Shown: in pieces, positions 18,015 to 27,614 of the stretch
How the letters are laid out: every line of letters starts with the position of its first letter
Position numbering within the stretch: the first letter of the stretch is position 1
Assembly: GCA_963794325.1 (NCBI GenBank)
Contig: CAWCDG010000004.1
Coordinates: forward strand, 800,001 to 864,000
Source: an uncultured delta proteobacterium
Lineage (GTDB): Bacteria > Desulfobacterota > Binatia > Binatales > Binataceae
Length of the DNA stretch: 64,000 nt
Direction: 5' to 3'
Program-made: the position numbers and the translations under genes
The notes under the pieces: generated by a model
Told to the model about the DNA's origin: nothing
The model's input: the letters and a program-made list of their open reading frames with translations, nothing else
Databases searched by the model: none

Positions 18015-19047
18015 TCAGACGACGTTTTTGTACTCCGCTTTGTAGACATGCTGTCGAATGAATTTCTCCACATTGGCCGGACGCTCGACGCGGGCCAGGC
18101 CAGCATCGAAGACGAGCTTGGCTACCCGGGATGCGGTCTGGACCTCGACTTCCAGGATGTTCGATTGCGGCGGGAAGAGCATCCCCAGCTTCAACTGCTC
18201 GGTAGTTACCTGGTCGGCGACAGCATGTGCCGCCTCGATAAACATTTCATCGGTCGCGCGCTTTGCGTTCGTGGCGTATATCGCCATACCGATGGCTGGG
18301 AAAATATACAGGTTGTTGGCCTGCGACGGCTGGAACGTCTGCCCGTCGAGATGAACCGGTGGGAATTGCACGCCGCCGGCGTAAATCGCTTTGCCCCTGG
18401 ACCAGGCATAGGCCTGCTCGGGCAGACATTCGTGTTTGTCGATCGGATTGGAGAGAGCAAAGATGATTGGCCGCGCGTTGAGGCGCGACATCGCCTCGAC
18501 GACCTCCCGCGAAAACAGTTTGTTCACGGTGCTTACGCCGATTAGGACGGTCGGCTTGAAGTCCTCGATGGCCGCGACGATCCGCGGGGACTCGGCCGCC
18601 AGGTCGAGGTGATCGAAAGGTTTGCTGGGCGAGAGCTTGTGCGCGTACGGCAGCTTGTGGGCGGCGAGTCCGGGACGTCCCGCAACCACGAGACCCTGAG
18701 TGTCGAACATCCGGATCTTCTGCCAGGCAGGCCTCGGCGATCGTCGGGTCGTACACGATATCCAGGAAGCGGGCCGGGTCCGACATCAGGGTGCGATAGA
18801 AGAGCGTCTCGTTGGTGTCGAGCAGACCCATCAGATAGATGAAGCGCCCGAGGTCGGTGGACTTGCTCTTGAGTTGCAGCAAGACACGGCTCAGCTGAGT
18901 CTCAATCGACTCCGTGACATCGGGAACTAACCCAACCACTCCGAGCACCTGCCGCTCGGCCGCCGTATAGCTAGTGAACTTGTTGATCCTGGGGTCGCGC
19001 AGAACGTCGATGCCTCGTTTGTTGCCGTCAATAGTTGAACTAGACAT
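18015..19047 (-). pseudogene. maeA: NAD-dependent malic enzyme with large internal deletion
   Basis: N-terminus (DTNETLFY...YDPTIAEAC) is fused out of frame near 18720 to the C-terminus (MFDTQGL, IFALSNP, QANNLYIFP). The central catalytic/Rossmann part is missing. Confidence 0.85.
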
Positions 19048-19091
19048 TGGGTTCTCCTCGATTCGTGATTTAACTCTTTTGGAAAGTCCGC

Positions 19092-20506
19092 TCACTTACT
19101 TGTGGTCCCAGCTACGTAGGGATGAACCATCTTCGCCGGATCGACGACGCGGTCGAACAGCTCTTCTGTCACGAAGCCGAGCTTCAGCGCCGCGGCCTTG
19201 AGCGTGAGATCGTTATCCATCGCGTAGTGCGCAATTTTTGACGCCTTGTCATAGCCGATGACCGGCGAGAGCGCCGTCACCAGCATCAGCGAGCGGTCCA
19301 CATTCTCCTTGATCTTCTTTAGATTCGGCTTGGTGTCCTCGATCAGGAACTTGCGGAAGTTTGTGCATCCGTCGGTCATGAGCGTAATCGAGTGAGTAAG
19401 GTTGAAAATCATCAGCGGCTTGTAGACGTTCATCTCGAGGTAGCCGCTGGCGCCGCCGAAGCCCGCCGCCACGTCGTTAGCCATCACCTGCACGGCGATC
19501 ATGGTCAGCGCCTCGGCCTGAGTTGGATTCACCTTGCCCGGCATGATCGAGGAGCCTGGCTCGTTCTCGGGAATTTCCAACTCCTCAAAGCCGGCACGCG
19601 GGCCGCATGACACATCAGGCGGATGTCGTTGGCGATCTTGTAGAGCGATACTGCAAGCGTGCGGAATGTGCCGGAGAGCTGCACGAGCGCATCATGCGCT
19701 CCTTGCACGGTGAATTTGTTCGGCGCGCTGAAGAACGGCAACCCGGTGAGCTTCGCTATCTCCGTCGCCGCCGCTTCGGCGAAGCCGGGAGCCGCATTGA
19801 TGCCAGTGCCCACGGCGGTGCCGCCGAGCGCGAGCCGGTACACACCCTTTAGCGCGTCCTCTAACCGCTCGATGTCGTCGCCCAGCATCCCTGCGTAGCC
19901 GGACCATTCCTGCCCCAATGTAATCGGCGTGGCGTCCTGCATGTGAGTGCGTCCGATCTTGACGATGTCCTTCCATTCCTCGGCGTTGGCCGCGATGGCG
20001 TCGCGCAAGCTCGTAACGGCAGGGATTAGCCGCCCTGTCACGTTCACTGCGGCAGCGATGTACATCGCAGAAGGGAACGAGTCGTTAGACGACTGCGACA
20101 TGTTCACGTGGTCGTTAGGATGGACCGGCGCCTTGCTGCCCAGCGCGGTGCCGGCGAGTTGGCAGCATCGGTTGGAAATCACCTCATTGACGTTCATGTT
20201 GAACTGCGTCCCGCTGCCCGTCATCCACACATGCAGCGGGAACATGTCGTGATGCTGGCCGGCCAGGATCTCGTCGCAAGCTTGGACGATCAGCCGGTGC
20301 GCCGAGTCGTCGAGCCGGCCACCAGCGTGGTTGGCGTTCGCCGCCGCCTTCTTCAGTCCTGCGTAGGCGGTGATCATCTCGCGCGGGATCAGGTCCTGGC
20401 CGATGCTGAAGTGTTCCAGTGATCGCTGCGTCTGCGCCCCCCATAGTTTGTCAGCAGGCACCTCCACCACGCCCAGGCTGTCGGTTTCTCTTCGAAATTC
20501 GGTCAT
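19092..20506 (-). pseudogene. fumC: Class II fumarate hydratase with +2 frameshift
   Basis: [27 protein letters not shown]. Reads ATG-TG-TCA-TGC-GGC at about 19611 (TG duplication); total length 1415 = 3n+2. Confidence 0.92.
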
Positions 20507-20651
20507 AGGATTGCTCCGTTCAATGCACATAAGGCGTGAAAAATGACCGCTCAAAATCGAGCGGTATGCCTTAGTAGGTGCAGGTGGTAGGGTTTGCGGC
20601 GGCGCGCGATCCACCAGAAATTGTCCCGGAACGGCTGGGGAGAAATTTCAG

Positions 20652-23600
20652 ATGACACCTGGGAGGCGGAGTGGTCGACCTGGCTCAGCTGGTACCGGGG
20701 ATCCGGGGCCGGGCATCCATTCTGCTCGGACGGGAATCTTCCGCAGAGAGGGCGAGTACTGGACGATAGACTGCGGCGGGAAATCCTTTAGTCTAAAGGA
20801 CACTAAAGGGCTCGGGTACGTCGCCCATCTCCTGCGTCATCCCGGGGTCGAATTCCATGTGCTTGATCTGGCCGTGGCATCGTTAGGCCAGCGCGATGAT
20901 GACGAAGTCGGTCAGTCCGAGCAGGGTCTGCCGCGCGGGGATGAGGAACTCGAAAAGGCGGGGATCCATATCGGCGGTCTGGGTGATGCGGGCGAGATGC
21001 TCGACGAGCAAGCGAAGGTTGCCTACCGGCGGCGGCTTTCCGATCTGCGCGAAGAACTGGAAGAAGCCAAGGAACGGGGCAACGTCGAGCGCGCGGAGCA
21101 GGCGGAACAGGAGATCGATGCGCTGACCAGGGAACTCTCGCGCGCCGTCGGACTGGGTGGACGCAATCGGCGGGCGGTATCAGCTTCGGAACGAGCGCGG
21201 CAGAGCATCACCAAGACGATCAAGTCGGTTCTCGAAAGAATCCGTCAGAGCGATGCCACACTGGGAGATATCCTGTTGCGATGCATCGGGACCGGCACAT
21301 TCTGTTCCTACCAGGCTGACCCCGAGTTCCCGATAGTGTGGGAATTCGTCGCGACAGATGCGGCTTCGACTATCGAGCCGGTGGTGCAACCTTCTGGAAG
21401 TGGAAATCCCGATCCGGCGCGGGCGGAACATCCGCAAGCATCGCCAGTGATGCTGGAGGTTTCGCCGTTCTCACTCGCGCAGCGAACTGCCTTTGCGGGG
21501 CGCGAATCTGAAGGTAGCGCGATTCGCGCGGCCATCGATCGTGCGCGAGCAGGCCACGGCTCGATCGTGATGCTCGGAGGCGGACCCGGCGTCGGCAAGA
21601 GCCGGATGGCGATGGAGATGGCGGAGTATGCGTCGCGCGTGGGCTTCAGATGCTTCGTCGGGCGCTGCTATGAAAGAGACGAGCCTCTCCCCTTTTTACC
21701 CTTCGTTGAGATTATCGAGAGCGGCCTGGCTCAAGCGGCGAGCCTCGATGAATTCCGTCGGCGTATTGGGGACAGCGCGCCCGAACTGGCCCAGATCGTT
21801 CCAAGCCTTAGGCGAGTTTTCCCGGATATTCCGCCACCCTTGGATCTGCCGCCCGCGCAGAAACGTCGCTATCTTTTCCAGAGCATCTCAGAGGTACTGG
21901 CGCGCGCAGCTCGAACCCGTTCGTACATCTATATAATAGAAGACCTCCACTGGGCCGACGAATCCACACTCGCCCTTCTGATTCACCTGGCCGATCGCGT
22001 CGCGCAGCTCCCGATTGTGATCATCGGCACTTATCGCGACGGCTATTCGCAAGACAAGTCGGTATTGGATAGAACCCTGGAAGAGCTGATTCGGATGGGT
22101 ACTCGTCCGCTTAAGCTAAGCGGTCTTTCGAGGGACGCCATCGCGCAGATGTTGCATTCTCTCAGCGAAGGGCAAGCTCCGGAAAACCTGGTGGACCTCA
22201 TCTTTGAGGAGAGCCAGGGGTATCCATTCTTCGTCGAGGAGGTCTACCGGCACCTGGTCGAAGAGGGGAAAGTCTTCGATACCGCCGGCCAGCTCCGCAA
22301 AGATATCAAGATCGACGAAATCGAGGTTCCTGAGAACGTTCGTCTGATCATCGGCCGCCGACTGGAGCGCCTCGACGAGAGTGAAAGGCGCGCGCTGGCG
22401 GCTGCCGCGGTGATCGGGCGTAGCTTCAGCTTCCGGCTCCTCACCGAGGTTGGCCAAATCGATGTTGACGAACTCTTCAACGTCATCGAGAAGGCGCAGC
22501 AGATGGGAATAATCGTCCCCAGCGCTGAGGGGCCGGAGAGACCGTTTACCTTCAGACATGAACTCGTGCGACAGACGTTGCTTACCGTCATTTCGGCCCC
22601 CCGCCGAGAGCGGATGCATGCGAGCGTCGCCGAAGCGATCGAGCGGCTAAATCCTGATGCGATTAAAGAGTGCGCCGGAGAGATCACCGATCATCTTCTC
22701 AAGGCGGGATCGTTTGTTGACGGACAAAAACTGGTCCGTTGGCTGACGCTGGCCGGCGAGAGCGCGCTTGACGCAGCGGCATTTAAGGATGCGCGGCGGA
22801 ATTTCGAGTCGGCTCTGTCGCATCAAGGCGCCCTTGACCCAAGACAAAAGGCTGACTTGTTGGCGAGCCTTGCGGCGGCCGGGCGAGGCGCGGACCTATG
22901 GGAGATGGTGGTAGCCAATCTCCGCGAAGCGCTCGAAATTTATATCAATCTGGCGGATCGAGAGGCAATCGTAAGGACAGTTAACGGGTTGACCGATGCT
23001 CTCTTCTTAATTGGCAACTTTCAGGAAGGAATCGAAACCGCACAGCGCGGGCTTACTTACCTTCAGGCGGAGGTTAGTGCTGACCGGGCGCATCTTCTGT
23101 CTATCCTGTGGATGGCCCATTCCCTCGCTAGAGTCTATGAGCCGGCACAGGAGAAGATGTTGCGCGAGGCGTTGGAGATTGCTCGCCAGCTTTCCGATTC
23201 AAAGCTTGAGGCCAGCATCATCGATGTTCGGTCGAGCATAAATATACGCTTCCTTAGGGTGCGGGAGGCCATCACAGACGGGCTCCTCAGCGAACAACTG
23301 GGTGGATCCGCCCTGCCAAGCTGGCAGCACGGCCTGGGATTGCTCTCCTTACATTTGGGTTTGTTATATGCCGGGCGCTCCGAAGAGGCGCTTAGAATCG
23401 CGGACAAGCTTGAACCCTTGGCGAGGAAGATCGGGCAGACTCTCTCGGTCGCGTTCCTCCTTGCCACCCGAGCGTGGATAGATTTTGGTAAAGCGCCCGA
23501 CTTGGCCAAGCTCGAAGCCGGTTTTCAGAGACCGCGCAGATCTGACCAAGATGCATCGTTTCCTGTCGTGGAGGTCATATCCGAGGCAGGACTGAGCATG

Positions 23601-24230
23601 GTGGAGTTCTTTCGGGGAAACTGGACGAGTGCCTTGTTCCATGCCCAAACTTCGCGCCGTCTGGGGCCGGAAGGCGTTGGAACGTTTTTTCGACAGCTAG
23701 CTTACGCGGGCGATCGCGACGGTGCATTTGCAGTTCTTGATGAAAACCGTTCGCTTCTGCCTCTTAGCGGTCAGACGAACACTGTAAATTCGTGGTTCAC
23801 GCTCGGGCTTGTGGCTGAGGGTCTCGTCATGCTTGGCGAGTATTCACAAGCTGGAGAGCTTTACCCACGTGTATGCGAGTTGGTCGACACTGGAGCGGTA
23901 TCGCTTTGGCCGGTCTGCCGCTTCACGCGTACGATCGCGGGTATCGCCGCGGCTGCGGCACGTCAATGGGACGCTGCTGAAGAACACTTTCAGATTGCGA
24001 TGCAACAGGCCGAGTCTTTCCCGTACCTTCTCGAGGAAGCGGAAATCCGCCGCTTTCACGCAATGATGCTGTTGGATCGCGCCGCCCAAGGTGATTGCGA
24101 AAAGGCACAAACGCTCCTCAGCGAGGCGCTGGGAACTTACACGCAGATCGGAATGCCCCGCCATATCGAGATGACTCAGACACTCCTCGACCAGGCCGCT
24201 GACATCCGCATCCGGCTTCCTGGACGGTGA
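20652..24230 (+). CDS. STAND-like AAA_16 ATPase with N-terminal HTH-like domain and C-terminal TPR-like repeats
   Basis: FRREGEYWTI...KGLGY..HLL..PG.E.HVLDL domain, GGPGVGKS Walker A, IIEDLHWAD Walker B, G.PFFVEE, FRHELVR. Confidence 0.85.
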   Translation: MTPGRRSGRPGSAGTGDPGPGIHSARTGIFRREGEYWTIDCGGKSFSLKDTKGLGYVAHLLRHPGVEFHVLDLAVASLGQRDDDEVGQSEQGLPRGDEELEKAGIHIGGLGDAGEMLDEQAKVAYRRRLSDLREELEEAKERGNVERAEQAEQEIDALTRELSRAVGLGGRNRRAVSASERARQSITKTIKSVLERIRQSDATLGDILLRCIGTGTFCSYQADPEFPIVWEFVATDAASTIEPVVQPSGSGNPDPARAEHPQASPVMLEVSPFSLAQRTAFAGRESEGSAIRAAIDRARAGHGSIVMLGGGPGVGKSRMAMEMAEYASRVGFRCFVGRCYERDEPLPFLPFVEIIESGLAQAASLDEFRRRIGDSAPELAQIVPSLRRVFPDIPPPLDLPPAQKRRYLFQSISEVLARAARTRSYIYIIEDLHWADESTLALLIHLADRVAQLPIVIIGTYRDGYSQDKSVLDRTLEELIRMGTRPLKLSGLSRDAIAQMLHSLSEGQAPENLVDLIFEESQGYPFFVEEVYRHLVEEGKVFDTAGQLRKDIKIDEIEVPENVRLIIGRRLERLDESERRALAAAAVIGRSFSFRLLTEVGQIDVDELFNVIEKAQQMGIIVPSAEGPERPFTFRHELVRQTLLTVISAPRRERMHASVAEAIERLNPDAIKECAGEITDHLLKAGSFVDGQKLVRWLTLAGESALDAAAFKDARRNFESALSHQGALDPRQKADLLASLAAAGRGADLWEMVVANLREALEIYINLADREAIVRTVNGLTDALFLIGNFQEGIETAQRGLTYLQAEVSADRAHLLSILWMAHSLARVYEPAQEKMLREALEIARQLSDSKLEASIIDVRSSINIRFLRVREAITDGLLSEQLGGSALPSWQHGLGLLSLHLGLLYAGRSEEALRIADKLEPLARKIGQTLSVAFLLATRAWIDFGKAPDLAKLEAGFQRPRRSDQDASFPVVEVISEAGLSMVEFFRGNWTSALFHAQTSRRLGPEGVGTFFRQLAYAGDRDGAFAVLDENRSLLPLSGQTNTVNSWFTLGLVAEGLVMLGEYSQAGELYPRVCELVDTGAVSLWPVCRFTRTIAGIAAAAARQWDAAEEHFQIAMQQAESFPYLLEEAEIRRFHAMMLLDRAAQGDCEKAQTLLSEALGTYTQIGMPRHIEMTQTLLDQAADIRIRLPGR

Positions 24231-24243
24231 CACGATCACACCC

Positions 24244-24360
24244 TTCGATGAGGGACGCTCTATACTATCCGAAATCTACGAAACCTTCACGGAAGGATCT
24301 GAAACGAGGGATTTGCGGGGCGCCAAGGCACTACTCGAGGAGCTCGATTTTCTCAGCTAA
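24244..24360 (+). pseudogene. Orphan C-terminal remnant of an AAA/TPR (adenylate-cyclase-type) protein
   Basis: Translates FDEGRSILSEIYETFTEGSETRDLRGAKALLEELDFLS*, matching the typical L.EIY.WFTEGFDT.DL..AKALL.EL terminus; no start codon. Confidence 0.7.
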
Positions 24361-24475
24361 GCAGAAATACTAAATTCGAACCTCAACCTGCGGACGCCTA
24401 TCGCTTGATCAGTTTACCGCGCGGTCGGCGTCATCTTGGGCAAGTTCGGTCAAATAATCGAACGCTGAAAAAGTT

Positions 24476-24520
24476 GGCGGGCATCGAGGGAGGGGGGAGT
24501 CTCCCGGATGCCCGCCGTTT
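24476..24520. terminator. Probable bidirectional hairpin terminator
   Basis: GGCGGGCATC...GATGCCCGCC stem between convergent genes, with an A-run upstream and TTT downstream. Confidence 0.5.
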
Positions 24521-24615
24521 CGCCCATCAGGTCACGGCTTACGCCGCTAGGCTGCTGGAAGAACAATTACTGGTAGAATAGTCGAACCTACTTGATAGGT
24601 TGTATAGCTGTAACC

Positions 24616-24765
24616 TCAGAGTCCGCCGCGACCGGCCAGCAACCAAACCACCACTATGACTAACAGGATCGGGACCAAACCTCCGGCCGCACCATAGTTA
24701 GTGTAGCCATAGTAACCGCCGCCGCCACCGAATAGCAGAACCAGGATAATGATTAGTAGCAACAT
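24616..24765 (-). CDS. 49-aa Gly-rich two-TM small membrane protein (DUF3309-like)
   Basis: Below the ORF-track cutoff: MLLLIIILVLLFGGGGGYYGYTNYGAAGGLVPILLVIVVVWLLAGRGGL*; AGGAAGG RBS. Confidence 0.8.
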   Translation of the reverse strand: MLLLIIILVLLFGGGGGYYGYTNYGAAGGLVPILLVIVVVWLLAGRGGL

Positions 24766-24792
24766 TGTATCTTCCTTCCTCTATTCTTCAGG

Positions 24793-25152
24793 TTAGTAGG
24801 GCGCCGCATACGTCGTTGTCGTACGCTTCTGCACTGTCCCGTCATTTGCGTCGGTCGTCACTGTGGTTGTGCTCTGATCGGCCGATGAATATGGAGACAC
24901 GTATGTAGATCCATATGGAGACACGTAGGGAGCGGGCTGAGTATAGGTGCGCTGCACAGTGCCGTTGTTGTACTGCGTAGTCGTAGTCGTGTTGGCATCT
25001 GCTACTGGCGACGTCATAATCGGCGGAGTCGTAGTGTCGTATTGCCGGGTCGTCGTAGTCTCGGTGACGTGAGTGGTAGGGGCACAGCCGGCCAGGAACA
25101 TCGTCGCGATACCAGCACAAATGGCCACCACTGCATTAGCTTTATATTTCAT
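24793..25152 (-). CDS. Thr/Tyr-rich small lipoprotein
   Basis: FLAGC lipobox, TTTT runs, YVSPY repeat (15-bp direct repeat at 24889-24903 and 24913-24927); GGAG RBS. Confidence 0.8.
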   Translation of the reverse strand: MKYKANAVVAICAGIATMFLAGCAPTTHVTETTTTRQYDTTTPPIMTSPVADANTTTTTQYNNGTVQRTYTQPAPYVSPYGSTYVSPYSSADQSTTTVTTDANDGTVQKRTTTTYAAPY

Positions 25153-25268
25153 TCTCCAGTCTCCTGAGTAATGTTGTACTCTTTTTTTAACTTATATACA
25201 TCGGTGTGTCACGAAATTCAGTCAAATCGGGTTCTTAGAGGAACCAGTTCGGTTGACCAAACTGGAAA

Positions 25269-26372
25269 CTATGGCCCGAGTGTCAGAGCGTTCGGAGAAT
25301 TGATGCTCGTATGCTGTCCGTCCGTGGTGATAAACACCTTCGGCTTGGGGCTGCCGCTCGATTGGATTTTACTGGCCGCAAATTCGACAAGGCTTCCGAA
25401 GCATCGCCCTCCGATATTGGCGTTACTCACGTACAAGTTTCCCGCCCCATCAACTGCGACGCCGTAGGGTCCGTCGATGCTCGCACTACACGCACCGGCG
25501 TGATGAGTCGGGCTCAGCACCACAGCTGCCGTGAGCTCCTGGGAGAGACCCGTCCCGCCTAGTTGATTTGCAGAAAACTTGTATATGTCGTCTCCGTTCT
25601 GATCGGCCAGCCACATATTGCCGCTGTTGTCGAACGCAAGAGTTTCAAGATGCGCGAACCCTGGCAGTGCAATCCCAAAAACGGGATCGATGTTGTCAGT
25701 CCCCGCTGCCAGACCGCTGATCTGGGCCTTGGAATATTTGAAAACCTCGCCGTTGCCGCCATTGCCATTGGATAGATCTTCGTCAACCACCCACAGGTTG
25801 CCCGCGGCATCGAAGGCAAGGTGCGAAGGCGAGCTGAAATTGAAGCTGTTCGCACGCAGGATCACGTTGGGAGTTGGACTACCGCTTGCCGCGTACTGCG
25901 AGGGCGTGTACTCGAGGATCGTCTGTCCGTCCTCGGCTCCCACCCACATGTTTCCCGACGCGTCGAAAACAATCCCCTCGGGGCCGTCCAGATTGCTGCC
26001 GCCGTCTTCGGAGATTGTCACGAGCGCAATTGGATCCGCTGGATGCTTTTTTTTCTTGATCGCTTGCGGCTGCGCGAACTCAACGATCGTATTGGAGTTG
26101 AAATTCGTCACCCACAGGTTGCCGCCATGAAACGCAACGGTGGAGGCTCCGTCCAGGTCGTTGTTGTCGTTGAGCAAGATCTTTGCCGGCTTCGAGCCGC
26201 TTTTGAGTACGCCTTGAAAATCCGCGATAGTCGGCGAATTTTCGTTCGCGACCCAGAGACTGCTGGCCGCTGCGTTGCCAGTCGCGATTAGCACGCCAAA
26301 CAGCACGGCCGTCAGGCAGCGAATCCGGAACATACCGATAGCATTGCCGGGATTGAGTCGATGAAGCGCCAA
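25269..26372 (-). CDS. Secreted NHL/SMP-30-like beta-propeller protein
   Basis: Signal peptide; repeated P.G..FD..GN(L/M)WV blades; AAGGAG RBS before TTG. Confidence 0.85.
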   Translation of the reverse strand: MALHRLNPGNAIGMFRIRCLTAVLFGVLIATGNAAASSLWVANENSPTIADFQGVLKSGSKPAKILLNDNNDLDGASTVAFHGGNLWVTNFNSNTIVEFAQPQAIKKKKHPADPIALVTISEDGGSNLDGPEGIVFDASGNMWVGAEDGQTILEYTPSQYAASGSPTPNVILRANSFNFSSPSHLAFDAAGNLWVVDEDLSNGNGGNGEVFKYSKAQISGLAAGTDNIDPVFGIALPGFAHLETLAFDNSGNMWLADQNGDDIYKFSANQLGGTGLSQELTAAVVLSPTHHAGACSASIDGPYGVAVDGAGNLYVSNANIGGRCFGSLVEFAASKIQSSGSPKPKVFITTDGQHTSINSPNALTLGP

Positions 26373-26713
26373 AGTTTTCTCCTTCGATGGTTGATAACGC
26401 CGTATTCAAGGCGTCTCTTGCCAAGTAAATCGCAATGGTGGGCATTATGTATATGAAAGATAGGTTAAATCAAGATAAATCTAAGACAGATAGAGTAAGT
26501 TCACAATATTCGTCGATCTTTCCTGAATCTCCCGAGCTCAGCACCGGCAATCGATGCAGCATTGTCTTGAATCGAGAACTGCGTTTTCCAAATTTTCAAA
26601 GAGCGCAAACAAACGTACAGAATCGTTCCGAGCGTAACGTGCCGCCGGTGGCAGCAACCGCGCATTGCTACTAAATAAATAGCTGTCGGTTCCTGCACTC
26701 CCCCGCGAGAGCC

Positions 26714-26770
26714 GAAGGCACGCTTGGCCATATGCCCTCATGGTGAATCCAACGCGTGCCTTTCTTTTTT
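26714..26770 (+). terminator. Intrinsic-terminator-like hairpin in a divergent intergenic region
   Basis: AAGGCACGC-TTGG...CCAA-C-GCGTGCCTT followed by TCTTTTTT. Confidence 0.55.
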
Positions 26771-27076
26771 CAGGTCGTCTATCTTAGTTATTCAGATAAC
26801 CAGTCAGGACTTATCGCGATGGCTTTCCAGATCACACCGAATGTACTGTGGAAGGGTCGGATCGATATAGGAATCGCAGTCCGAATTTGATCCAGTCCTA
26901 TCGTGGCTCTTTCGCCCGCCTTCGGCCACCTTTGCGCTAGACCAACAGCACGTCCTGCTAGGAAGGCCTTTCGAGGCAGTAGTTATGTACCTTCCAATTT
27001 CTCTCGGAACCATAGTCCTAATTCTGGTCGTGATCTGGCTCGTCCGTGGCTTGTAATAAGAGCTAGCGGTTTCATT

Positions 27077-27598
27077 TTGACAACTAACAATTGCCAGTAC
27101 ATCGTTCGCGCAATACTGGCGCTGATGAGCTTGACGCTTGCAGTCTCATGCACGACGCAATCGGAACTCGCGCAATCGCCACCAGCTCCGTCCGCCGTGG
27201 CCCCGCGCCCGCTCCTGCAGCCAGAAACCCGCGCGCATCCGTCCAAAGCAGTAAGAGCGTCCTACCAGGGAGATGCGTATGCCGGGCATCGGACCGCCAG
27301 TGGTGAGCGCTACGATCCCAATGCGTTGACGGCGGCATCCAGCACTTTGCCGATCGGTTCTACAGTTATGGTGACGAATCCCGCGACGGGTCATTCCGTG
27401 AAAGTACGCGTCAACGATCGCGGCCCCAATGTTCACGGCCGATCTCTGGATTTGTCGAAGCGCGCAGCAGAGGAAATCGGTATCACCAAGCAGGGTGTAG
27501 CGAGAGTCACTGTCAAGCGCGTCGAATCAAAGCCGGCGGGCGGCGACGCTACTGACTCTCCTGAAAGTTCGTTGCCGGTTGCACCTCCGAAATCATAA
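27077..27598 (+). CDS. rlpA: Septal ring lytic transglycosylase RlpA family lipoprotein
   Basis: LAVSC lipobox; ASY...TASGERY...TAA..TLP.G...VRVNDRGP...LDLSKRAA. Start uncertain (TTG 27077). Confidence 0.88.
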   Translation: MTTNNCQYIVRAILALMSLTLAVSCTTQSELAQSPPAPSAVAPRPLLQPETRAHPSKAVRASYQGDAYAGHRTASGERYDPNALTAASSTLPIGSTVMVTNPATGHSVKVRVNDRGPNVHGRSLDLSKRAAEEIGITKQGVARVTVKRVESKPAGGDATDSPESSLPVAPPKS

Positions 27599-27614
27599 TC
27601 GCGTCACTGGCTAA

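Noticed and set aside
19600-19620. Programmed frameshift in fumC
   Set aside because: No slippery run or stimulatory structure; a simple TG duplication among other broken genes points to mutation or assembly error.
24489-24499. 11-bp match (GGAGGGGGGAG) to the tRNA-Sec 3' region as a possible att duplicate
   Set aside because: Short, low-complexity, inside a terminator-like hairpin, and on the wrong side for a 3' duplication.
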